Shown here: one piece after another, positions 34,948-43,311 of the stretch
Position numbering within the stretch: the stretch's first letter is position 1
Layout of the letters: each line of letters begins with the position of its first letter
Assembly (NCBI GenBank): GCA_963662655.2
Contig: CAXXTU010000001.1
Span: forward strand, 9,751 to 73,750
DNA length: 64,000 nucleotides
From: Candidatus Cloacimonadales bacterium
GTDB lineage: Bacteria; Cloacimonadota; Cloacimonadia; Cloacimonadales; JAIOQZ01
Reading direction: 5' to 3'
Notes under the pieces: generated by a model
What the model was told of the DNA's origin: nothing
The model's input: the letters and a program-made list of their open reading frames with translations, nothing else
Databases searched by the model: none
Made by a program: the position numbers and the translations under genes

Positions 34948-34978
34948 CAAGGACACTATCATTTAAGATGGAGGATTT

Positions 34979-35356
34979 ATGTCCAATCTGAAATTTTTGA
35001 TTGTAGATGACTCACCTACAATGAGAAGAATCGTTAACAACACGCTCAAACGCTTGGGTTATCGCGACATCGAAGAAGCGGACAACGGATCGTCCGGCAT
35101 GGATAAGCTTCGCAGCATTCCGGGAATCAATTTCATCGTTACGGACTGGAATATGCCCGTGATGGACGGCCTCCAGTTCGTGCAGACAATCCGAAGCAGC
35201 CAGGAGTTCGCGAAACTGCCGATCCTCATGGTAACCACCCGAAGCGTTAAAGATGATATTATCGAAGCGATGAAAGCTGGAGTAAATAATTACATCGTCA
35301 AGCCTTTCACACCCGAGACGATGAAAAGTAAGATCGACGCAATTCTCAATAAATAA
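34979..35356 (+). CDS. cheY: CheY-like single-domain response regulator
   Basis: 125 aa. FLIVDDSPTMRR, VTDWNMPVMDG (phospho-acceptor Asp), MVTT and YIVKPF, as in CheY. Confidence 0.8.
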   Translation: MSNLKFLIVDDSPTMRRIVNNTLKRLGYRDIEEADNGSSGMDKLRSIPGINFIVTDWNMPVMDGLQFVQTIRSSQEFAKLPILMVTTRSVKDDIIEAMKAGVNNYIVKPFTPETMKSKIDAILNK

Positions 35357-35368
35357 CGGGAGCAAAGA

Positions 35369-36403
35369 ATGAGTAACGACGACATCCGTAATACGGGAAT
35401 TGTGCCCGTTATCGAAAACCTCACGAATATGCTGAGAGAACTTACGGCTGATTTGAGCCCTCTTCTGGACTGCCAGGCAGCTAACCAGCCAGCGGAACAC
35501 ATAAAAGAAAAAATGGCGAGCATGGACTCCAAAATGCAGCGCCTGCTTCATTCCATCAACCATAGCTACGACCTCATCCAACTGGTGATCAAGTCGATCC
35601 ACACCAGCCGCTCCGAACTCAAGAAGAGCGTTGACGGCCTGATCAAGAAAACCGGTATGCAGCTCCAGAAGGTAACTTCCACGACGGAGGAAGCCACCAA
35701 CAAGATTCTCGATGTCGCGGAGAAACTCGACGAAGACCAGATGTCGATTATCGAGATCCTCGATTCGATCCAGGAAGACAACTGCACCGCGGAGAAATCA
35801 GCGGACCTCTTCGATGAGCTGAGACAGAAGATTTACCAGAACCAGGAGTCCGCCTTCACGATCATGGATTACCTGCAATTCCAGGATATCACCGCGCAAC
35901 AGATAGCGGGAGCCTATTCGTTGCTGTCCGACACCGAAAAGACGCTTCTGTACGTCTCGGAGATGCTGAAACGCTTCGATGCGAACTTCGATATGTCCGA
36001 AGACATGACCGAGGCGGTCGACAAAAAAGCCTTCAACATGGATGCGACGTACAAAGACAAGGCAACCATCCAATCGGCCATCGACAATCTCTTCGAATCT
36101 CGCGACGAGAACATCGATATCCCTGAGGAAGCGGCCCAGAATGCCAACGGCGACGTACATTATCAGGCAAGCGGCTCGGAAGCCCCGGCTGATGCTTTCT
36201 CCAGCGATGATATCGACGCATTGTTCGGCTCTCAGCCAGCGAACGATCAAAGCTCCCAGGATGACATAGATAAACTTTTTTCAAACACCGCCGACTCGGA
36301 CGAAGAGAAAAAACCGGAAGAAAACGCTAACAAGAAAGAGAAAAACGGCGAAGAAAAAAGGGAAGAAACGAGCCAAGAAGAAATTGACAAGTTATTCGGA
36401 TAA
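35369..36403 (+). CDS. CheZ-like phosphatase homologue with acidic tail carrying three [DE][DE]IDxLF[GS] motifs
   Basis: IMDYLQFQDITAQQIAGA resembles the CheZ active-site helix (E. coli ...DFQDLTGQVI..., catalytic Gln). It is adjacent to cheY. C-terminal motifs: DDIDALFG, DDIDKLFS, EEIDKLFG. Confidence 0.6.
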   Translation: MSNDDIRNTGIVPVIENLTNMLRELTADLSPLLDCQAANQPAEHIKEKMASMDSKMQRLLHSINHSYDLIQLVIKSIHTSRSELKKSVDGLIKKTGMQLQKVTSTTEEATNKILDVAEKLDEDQMSIIEILDSIQEDNCTAEKSADLFDELRQKIYQNQESAFTIMDYLQFQDITAQQIAGAYSLLSDTEKTLLYVSEMLKRFDANFDMSEDMTEAVDKKAFNMDATYKDKATIQSAIDNLFESRDENIDIPEEAAQNANGDVHYQASGSEAPADAFSSDDIDALFGSQPANDQSSQDDIDKLFSNTADSDEEKKPEENANKKEKNGEEKREETSQEEIDKLFG

Positions 36404-36497
36404 TTGTTTCGTTGTCACTTGTCTGGACTAATAAAAGGTTGACAGATTTTTTATGTCGTTTTCAAAGTAGGATTGGAAAAATTATAGAGGATTGAAA

Positions 36498-36863
36498 ATG
36501 AGTAAATCTATACTTGTTGTCGATGATGAAGAAAACATCAGGGAAATCATTTCAGAATTTCTTCAAACGTTGGGTTACAACGTTGTAGAAGTGTCCAACG
36601 GTGAAGAAGCGATTGTCGCATGCAGTAAGCATAAATTCGATTTGATCATCACGGATATCCGCATGCCGAAAATGAACGGCCTCAAGCTTCTCAAGGCGAT
36701 CAAGACCTACATGCCAGAGATGCCTGTGATCCTCATGACGGGGTATCAGCCATCCAAGGCTCAGGAAGAAAGCCTCACGACCAAAGCCGATGGATATCTC
36801 TTGAAACCATTCTCTCTAAACTCTCTGAGACAATCGATCCTGAAAATCTTTAAGACGCTGTAA
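36498..36863 (+). CDS. single-domain response regulator (receiver only)
   Basis: ILVVDDEENIRE, LIITDIRMPKMNG, LMTGY and LLKPF. Start ATG 36498 after AGAGGA; the track uses TTG 36492. Confidence 0.85.
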   Translation: MSKSILVVDDEENIREIISEFLQTLGYNVVEVSNGEEAIVACSKHKFDLIITDIRMPKMNGLKLLKAIKTYMPEMPVILMTGYQPSKAQEESLTTKADGYLLKPFSLNSLRQSILKIFKTL

Positions 36864-36875
36864 AATGACCGTAAG

Positions 36876-37142
36876 ATGCCCAGTAAGAAAGTTATCAAGA
36901 ACTACAACATCATGGGAGATGAAAAAACCCCTGCCACTCCGGCCATGACCGGCAGTGCTCATAATATTATCAAAAACGCGTCGATCGCGAAAGAAAACCG
37001 CAAGATTCAATCCTCCGAAGATCAAGATAAAAAGTCCACCCCAAAACTCAATGTAATAAAAGACGAACGAGGAATTATTACATCTCTTGAAATCACCTGT
37101 GCCTGTGGGGAAAAAATACATATTGCACTGGATTATGAATGA
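36876..37142 (+). CDS. hypothetical small protein (88 aa)
   Basis: ORF in the track. ATGA overlap with the next gene suggests coupling. There is no clear RBS and no family recognised (C-terminal ...GIITSLEITCACGEKIHIALDYE). Confidence 0.4.
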   Translation: MPSKKVIKNYNIMGDEKTPATPAMTGSAHNIIKNASIAKENRKIQSSEDQDKKSTPKLNVIKDERGIITSLEITCACGEKIHIALDYE

Positions 37143-37840
37143 ACGCCAAACTCCTTGTAGTTGATGATGAGCTCCTGTTACGAGATGTATTGTTCGATTA
37201 CCTGACCCGTCAGGGATATGACGTCCTGATGGCATCCAACGGCGAAAAAGCATTGGAAATTGCCCAAAACGAGCACATTCATCTCGCACTTGTCGATATT
37301 AAAATGCCTGGCATGAGCGGCCTGGATGTCACGGCCAAGCTCAAGGAAATGAATCCGCAGATCATTGTCGTAATCATGACCGGCTATCCCAGCTTGAACA
37401 CGGCGATCTCCGCTATCAAGCTCGGCGCGACCGAATACATCGTGAAGCCGTTCCGCCTGGACGAGCTGAACCGCATTATCGCGAAGAACCTGACATCGCT
37501 GGATACGGAATACGAAAACCTTAAGCTCAAGCAGCGCATCAAAGAGCTTGAAGACCAACTCGGCGCCCAAGTTCAGGACGGCGAGACCGATACCCAGGAA
37601 AGCCCGTTGAAGAAGCCTTCGGAGGATTTATCTGCGACCGCTCCCAGAGTGCGTGAACAAATGATTTCCGATTCCCCTGCGGCAGCCTCGCAGAAGTATC
37701 GCAATCAAACCAGTTCCGCAAAAAAGGAAAACGTGGAGAACCAATTGCAACGTCTCAAACAGATGCTCGCAGACCATATCATCTCACGTGAGGAGTACGA
37801 TAAGAAGAAGGATGAAATCCTGAAAGACCAATATGCCTGA
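37139..37840 (+). CDS. response regulator receiver fused to a C-terminal SHOCT-like motif
   Basis: Receiver: LLVVDDELLLRD, ALVDIKMPGMSG, IMTGY, YIVKPF. Then a low-complexity linker. The last ~30 aa, LQRLKQMLADHIISREEYDKKKDEILK, fit the SHOCT pattern (L..Lk.L.d.GiIt.eEfe.kK..lL). Confidence 0.75.
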   Translation: MNAKLLVVDDELLLRDVLFDYLTRQGYDVLMASNGEKALEIAQNEHIHLALVDIKMPGMSGLDVTAKLKEMNPQIIVVIMTGYPSLNTAISAIKLGATEYIVKPFRLDELNRIIAKNLTSLDTEYENLKLKQRIKELEDQLGAQVQDGETDTQESPLKKPSEDLSATAPRVREQMISDSPAAASQKYRNQTSSAKKENVENQLQRLKQMLADHIISREEYDKKKDEILKDQYA

Positions 37841-39155
37841 TTCAAATAGCAGAAATCCCAGAAAGCACTCCCAGGAAGAAATCCAGGACCTCACCAGCGC
37901 TTTCCGGGATTTCAATATTATTATCGAACGTTTCCAGGAAACCTACCAGGGACTCCAGAACAAGATCGACTTCCTGAATCAGATCGTCGAAAAGAAGAAC
38001 GCCGAGCTCGAAGCCCAGATACAGGAAGGCGACAACATCAAGAACCTGCTCAACGGAATCCTCGAACACATCTACACAGGCGTCGTGGTGATCAATACAA
38101 CCGGCGAAATCATTGTTTTCAACAAGGCCGCGGAAGAAATCACCAGGTACGACAAGGAAGAGGTTCTCGGGAAGAATTACCTGAAGCTCTTCGGAAACGC
38201 GCAGGTCAGAAACAAATCCCCACTCTACACGCTCGCGACAGGCAAAGAATCTTTCCACCGACGCAAGATCATGCGCTCCAAGGACAAAAAGCCTATCGAC
38301 GTCGAGTTCAGCTCGACGCTGGTCAAGAACATGAAGGACGAGATCATCGGCGTGGTGGAAACGTTCAACGACATCTCGGAAATCCGCAACCTCCAGCGTC
38401 GCGTAACGCAGGTCGAGACGCTGGCAGCGCTTGGAGAAATGGCGGCGAACGTCGCGCACGAAATCCGCAATCCGCTGGGAGGAATCGGAGGATTCGCCGG
38501 TCTGCTCGACCGCAAGCTGGCCAAGGACGATCCCAACCGTAAGCTGATCAAGCCGATTGTCGAAGGCGTCTCCAGGCTCAACGTGATCGTCTCGGATCTT
38601 CTTTCGTTCACCAGACCGCAAAAGCTCAATCCGGTAAAGGTTTGCCTGCAAGACACGTTGCAGGAGATCATCGACTTTTTTCAGATCAGCCTGGGCAACA
38701 TGGACAAGGACGTGGAGCTGAAAAAGCAGTTTCCCGAAAAGGAAATTCAGGTATATCTTGACAGCCAATTGTTCCAACAGATTGTTATTAATTTGTTGAA
38801 GAACGCTTACGACGCAATCGAGGACACCGGAACCATCGAGGTGAGAATTCGGCAGAATGTCCCCGAGAGCCTGAGCGAAATCCTCGATGAAGACGAGAAG
38901 GATGAGCTGCTCCGCATGTTCAGCTATCTAGAAATCGATATCATCGACGACGGGGTGGGAATCCCCGAAGAAATGCTCCCGAAACTGTTCAATCCGTTCT
39001 TCACGACCAAAGACGATGGCAACGGCCTCGGGCTCGCCATCACACGCAAGATCATTAACCTGCACAAGGGTGATATCAACGTGACCTCCGAACTGCACAA
39101 AGGAACCACGTTCACGATCAGCCTGCCGCTTTACGAAACATACCACGAGCTATGA
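37833..39155 (+). CDS. cytoplasmic PAS-domain sensor histidine kinase
   Basis: PAS-like block (VVVINTTGEIIVFNKAAEEITRYDKEEVLGKNY). H-box AHEIRNPLGGI, N-box LLKNAYDA, G1 DDGVGIP, G2 GNGLGLAI. No TM segments. 8-nt overlap with the upstream gene. Confidence 0.85.
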   Translation: MPDSNSRNPRKHSQEEIQDLTSAFRDFNIIIERFQETYQGLQNKIDFLNQIVEKKNAELEAQIQEGDNIKNLLNGILEHIYTGVVVINTTGEIIVFNKAAEEITRYDKEEVLGKNYLKLFGNAQVRNKSPLYTLATGKESFHRRKIMRSKDKKPIDVEFSSTLVKNMKDEIIGVVETFNDISEIRNLQRRVTQVETLAALGEMAANVAHEIRNPLGGIGGFAGLLDRKLAKDDPNRKLIKPIVEGVSRLNVIVSDLLSFTRPQKLNPVKVCLQDTLQEIIDFFQISLGNMDKDVELKKQFPEKEIQVYLDSQLFQQIVINLLKNAYDAIEDTGTIEVRIRQNVPESLSEILDEDEKDELLRMFSYLEIDIIDDGVGIPEEMLPKLFNPFFTTKDDGNGLGLAITRKIINLHKGDINVTSELHKGTTFTISLPLYETYHEL

Positions 39156-40525
39156 GAAAAAGAGTTTTAGTAGTCGACGATGAAGCCCTCATCCGGGAAT
39201 TCATCCAGAGTTTTTTTGAAGGGACACCGGAGTTCTCCGAGTGCAAGGTCGATGTCGCCGTAAACGGCGAAGAGGCGATCGCCAGGATTCGCGAGAAAAC
39301 CTACGATCTGATCTTCACCGACCTCAAGATGCCGGGGAAAAGCGGCCTCGACGTGATCAAGTTCGCGTCCGAACACTCGCCCACCACCGACACGGTGCTC
39401 CTGACGGCGTACGCGGGAGGCGAGAGCGCAGCCAAGGCAATGGCATACGGCGCATACGAGTACATCACCAAGCCGGTTCCCATCGACGAACTGGAGATGA
39501 TCGTTAGGCATATCTTCGAGCGGCGCGAGCTGATCGAGGAGAACCGCGACCTGAAGCAGCAGCTCCGCCAGAAAATTTCCTACCCCAAGATCATCGGCAG
39601 AAGCAAGAAGATCATGGACATCATGGAAGTGGTGAAGATGGTCGCTCCGACGAACTCCACCATCCTCATCACCGGCGAAAGCGGAACGGGTAAGGAGCTC
39701 ATCGCCCAGGCCATCCACGACCTCAGTCCCCGCAAAGACAAGAATTTCGTGCGCATCAACTGCGCAGCCATACCGGAGCAGCTCATCGAAAGCGAGCTCT
39801 TCGGATTCGAGAAAGGCTCCTTTACCGGCGCTATCAAGCGTACACGCGGTAAATTCGAGATGGCGCACGAGGGCTCGATCCTGCTGGACGAAATCAGCGA
39901 GATGAACCTTGACCTTCAGGCCAAATTGCTCCGCGTCATCCAGGAAAAAGAACTCACACGAATCGGTAGCGAAACCCCAGTGAAAGTCAACGCGCGTGTT
40001 ATCGCGACCTCGAACCGCGATCTCTCGGCCGAGGTGGAGAAGGGCAACTTCCGCGAGGACCTCTTTTTCCGGCTGAATATCGTCCCCATCCATCTCCCGC
40101 CCCTGTGCGAGCGTCCCGAGGACGTCCCGCTGCTGGCGGATCACTTCACCAAGAAGCTCTGTTTCGAGCACGGCATCGCCAAGAAGGTGATAACGCCCGA
40201 AGTTACGGAGCTGCTGGTCACCTACAAATGGCCCGGAAACATCCGCGAGCTGCAAAACGCGATCGAACGGGCGATCATTACCAACCCGGGCGATATCCTC
40301 GACCTGAAGGCGTTCCATTTCATGGACGTCAAGCCGGCCGCCAAGGTGTCCGCATCTCCCCTGGGAGGCCTGGACGGCAAGTCGATGGCTGAAGTCGAGA
40401 AGATGATGATCTTCAACACACTCGAGAAAACCAACAACAACCGTACCGAGGCAGCCACCATCCTGGGTATCACCACGCGTACCCTGCGGAACAAACTGCA
40501 CCAGTACGCGCAGGAAGACCAGTAA
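39152..40525 (+). CDS. NtrC-family sigma54-dependent response regulator
   Basis: Receiver (VLVVDDEALIRE, IFTDLKMPGKSG). AAA+ domain GESGTGKE, ESELFGFEKGSFTGA, LLDEISEM. Fis-type HTH RTEAATILGITTRTLRNKL. ATGA overlap with the kinase gene. Confidence 0.9.
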   Translation: MRKRVLVVDDEALIREFIQSFFEGTPEFSECKVDVAVNGEEAIARIREKTYDLIFTDLKMPGKSGLDVIKFASEHSPTTDTVLLTAYAGGESAAKAMAYGAYEYITKPVPIDELEMIVRHIFERRELIEENRDLKQQLRQKISYPKIIGRSKKIMDIMEVVKMVAPTNSTILITGESGTGKELIAQAIHDLSPRKDKNFVRINCAAIPEQLIESELFGFEKGSFTGAIKRTRGKFEMAHEGSILLDEISEMNLDLQAKLLRVIQEKELTRIGSETPVKVNARVIATSNRDLSAEVEKGNFREDLFFRLNIVPIHLPPLCERPEDVPLLADHFTKKLCFEHGIAKKVITPEVTELLVTYKWPGNIRELQNAIERAIITNPGDILDLKAFHFMDVKPAAKVSASPLGGLDGKSMAEVEKMMIFNTLEKTNNNRTEAATILGITTRTLRNKLHQYAQEDQ

Positions 40526-40537
40526 TCTGGAAGGCGG

Positions 40538-41515
40538 ATGCCAAACGTGGAATTCGCTTTCGTTTCATCTGAAAACCAGTTTGTAAACGGAAATGATCCA
40601 TTCTCCGACCTGAGCGTATTGCAAGCGTACGCTGAAGCGAATCAGGCTGAACTCTGCATCCTGAAAGCGCTCGATGGCGACAACTTCCTGGCGTGGATGC
40701 CGGTATTTCTCAAGAAGAAGGCCAATATTCCCGTTGCGATCACACCCCCGCTTCTCCCCTACATCCCCATCGTTTTCCCCGGAAGCGACGACGGTTCAGC
40801 GAACGCGAAGCAGTGGAGCCACGTGGAGATCATGCAAGGGTTTTCCGGGAAGTTACAGGATTCCTGCCGGCGCTTACTGATCAACCTCCCAACCGGTATC
40901 ACCGACGTTCGAGGCTTCCAGTGGAGCGGTTTTTCCGCAATCCCGCGCTACACGTACGTCTACTCATTGAAGGAAGGCGTGCGTTATCAGCGTCTGAAGT
41001 ACCGGGATATCAAACGCGCCGGGGAGCTCGATCCCGAGATGGTGGAAGAGAAGAACATCCCGCTTTTCCTCGCGCTGAAAGAGGAAACGTATCAAAAACA
41101 ATCGAAGCGATTTCCCTACAACGACGTTATACATCAAGAACTGCTGGAAAAACTCTTTGCAACCGGCTTCCTCAGGCAATTCACCGTCCGGTGCAACGGC
41201 AGGGATGTTTCCACGCAGCTAATTTACGAGGGCAAGAAAACGGTTTACACATGGCAGGGATTTACGAATCGAGACTTTCTGCGGGAGGGGATCACCACCT
41301 GGATCAACGACAGCTTGATCCGCCATTACCGCCCGACGCACGAGTCCTTCGATTTCTGCGGGGCGAACATCCCGGATATCGCAAAATACAAGAGTGGCTT
41401 CGGAGGCGAATTGACACCCTACTATCAGCTTCAGTGGACGGATTCTCCACTGCTGGAATCGCTGCTGGACCACACGAAAAATCTCACCGGCCTGAGAAAG
41501 AAGCTTTTCTCGTAG
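40538..41515 (+). CDS. FemAB-like / GNAT-fold acyltransferase (CelD/BioF2-like)
   Basis: 325 aa. The overall pattern and the C-terminal ...FCGANIPDIAKYKSGFGGELTPYY resemble FemAB-related proteins of EPS loci. Recognised by eye only. Confidence 0.5.
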   Translation: MPNVEFAFVSSENQFVNGNDPFSDLSVLQAYAEANQAELCILKALDGDNFLAWMPVFLKKKANIPVAITPPLLPYIPIVFPGSDDGSANAKQWSHVEIMQGFSGKLQDSCRRLLINLPTGITDVRGFQWSGFSAIPRYTYVYSLKEGVRYQRLKYRDIKRAGELDPEMVEEKNIPLFLALKEETYQKQSKRFPYNDVIHQELLEKLFATGFLRQFTVRCNGRDVSTQLIYEGKKTVYTWQGFTNRDFLREGITTWINDSLIRHYRPTHESFDFCGANIPDIAKYKSGFGGELTPYYQLQWTDSPLLESLLDHTKNLTGLRKKLFS

Positions 41516-41547
41516 CCGGAACTTAGCTTTGACATGAGAGTAACACA

Positions 41548-43311
41548 ATGATTTCCATATTCATAGATAACAAGCTGGACATCTACCAGCGAGAAATTCG
41601 CTACACGTTCGATTTCATCTTCAAGACACTCGGTTACAATCACAAGTACATACGCAAAAGCAGCGAGGCGGGGGAGCAAGACATCATCTTCGCCTACAGC
41701 CTCACCCAGCCCACGGACGAAGAGCTTCTCCTTCTGGGAGAGGACCGCATCATTTTCTATTCGCCGGTGGAGATCGACCTCTACAATCCCGAGAAACTCA
41801 CGCAGGAAAATATCGCCAACCTGCTGAAAGAAATCGCGTTCGAGAAGAAACCCATTCCGGTGCTGGCCCAGGGCAACCTGAACAGCCCGATCCACTTCAA
41901 CATCGCCGAGCAGCACTTCATCAGTCGCTTCCTCTTCGACGTAGTGGGCAATATCTTCTTCAACCTTTCCCACTCTGGGGCGCAAAACAGCCAGAAAAAG
42001 GACGAGTTCGGCAGGGTGCGCGACGACGCATATCCTTTCGGTTCATATTCGAGCTTCCCCTACATCAACATGTTCTTGTGGCTCATCGACAGCACGATCC
42101 ACCACGCCATCGACCGGCATCGAGGATACCTGCTACGCAAATCGATCTGGCCCAAGGGCGAGGAGGCGGCCGCGTCCCTCACGTTCACGATCAATCGCCT
42201 GCAAAAGTGGTCGTTCTCGCGCTTCGTGGCCTCGTTCTTCGAGGATTTCCTCCTCTTCCTGACGCTCAAGTGGAACATCTGGGGACGAAGCTTTAGCAGC
42301 AAATGCCGCTACCTTTTCACCAACATCGAGCAATACTGGAACTTCGACGCCATCACCGAGATTCTGGACGAGCACTCGCTGAAGAGCACCTACTTCTTCT
42401 CGGTCCAAAAAACCGGCAAAATAGGAGCCGATTACTCCCTCGACGACGATGAGGACTTACAGGAGATCGTGAAAGCGAACCTGGAGAAGGGGCACGACAT
42501 AGGCCTCCTGGGCTCATTCGATCATTACAAGAGCGAGCGGATGAAGGAGCACAAGGACTTCCTTCGCAACACATTCGATATCCGCGACCTGGGCATCCGG
42601 CAGGATAAATATCGCTGGGACGCGCAGGTAACGCCCGAGATTCACAGCAAGATGAACATGCTTTACGATTCCAGCGTCACCTACAACGAGCGAAACGGAT
42701 TCAAGAACGGCATCGCGTACCCGTACTTCCCGTACGCGAAGAAACTCGCGGCCAAAAGGCACTTCCAGTTCGTGGAAATGCAGCCTGCCTTCTGCGACGA
42801 ACACCTCCGCCTCTCCAAGCATCGCTCCCTTTCGCTGGATAAATCGCAAATGGTCGTTCGCAACCTCATCAATTCGGTTTCGGGCGTCAACGGTCATATC
42901 GTTTTCGATTTCAACATATCCAATTTCTGCGATATTTCGCACAACGACAAGCTCCTCGACTACACCATCGACCTGCTTACGCAGAACGATATCTACATCG
43001 CGCCGCTGCAAGACATCGCCAAGTGGTGGAATCGCCGCGACCGCATTCAAATCTACGAGAATCCCAACGAGATCATGATCTACGTGCAGGACAACATGGA
43101 ACGCTTCACGGTCGAACTGCTGGGCAAGATGAAAATACTCAGCATCGACGGCGCGGAATACATGCTCAGCGGGAAGAAAATCCGGTTCGTGAAGGTCGCT
43201 CCGGGAACAACCATCACCATCAAGCTCGATCCTGTCCTGACGATCAGGAAATTCGCTCAGGAAGAAGACATCCCGGGTGATCGGAAGAAAGATGACGCAG
43301 CAAAAGAGTAA
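41548..43311 (+). CDS. polysaccharide deacetylase-family protein (divergent, long N-terminal extension)
   Basis: STYFFSV...GHDIGLLGSFDH...LGIRQDKYRWD...MLYDSSV parallels NodB-type motifs (TFF / GHEIG.HG..H / GfR.P / YDSS). N-terminal DVVGNIFFNLSH...DEFGRV resembles extensions seen on such enzymes. Confidence 0.5.
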   Translation: MISIFIDNKLDIYQREIRYTFDFIFKTLGYNHKYIRKSSEAGEQDIIFAYSLTQPTDEELLLLGEDRIIFYSPVEIDLYNPEKLTQENIANLLKEIAFEKKPIPVLAQGNLNSPIHFNIAEQHFISRFLFDVVGNIFFNLSHSGAQNSQKKDEFGRVRDDAYPFGSYSSFPYINMFLWLIDSTIHHAIDRHRGYLLRKSIWPKGEEAAASLTFTINRLQKWSFSRFVASFFEDFLLFLTLKWNIWGRSFSSKCRYLFTNIEQYWNFDAITEILDEHSLKSTYFFSVQKTGKIGADYSLDDDEDLQEIVKANLEKGHDIGLLGSFDHYKSERMKEHKDFLRNTFDIRDLGIRQDKYRWDAQVTPEIHSKMNMLYDSSVTYNERNGFKNGIAYPYFPYAKKLAAKRHFQFVEMQPAFCDEHLRLSKHRSLSLDKSQMVVRNLINSVSGVNGHIVFDFNISNFCDISHNDKLLDYTIDLLTQNDIYIAPLQDIAKWWNRRDRIQIYENPNEIMIYVQDNMERFTVELLGKMKILSIDGAEYMLSGKKIRFVKVAPGTTITIKLDPVLTIRKFAQEEDIPGDRKKDDAAKE

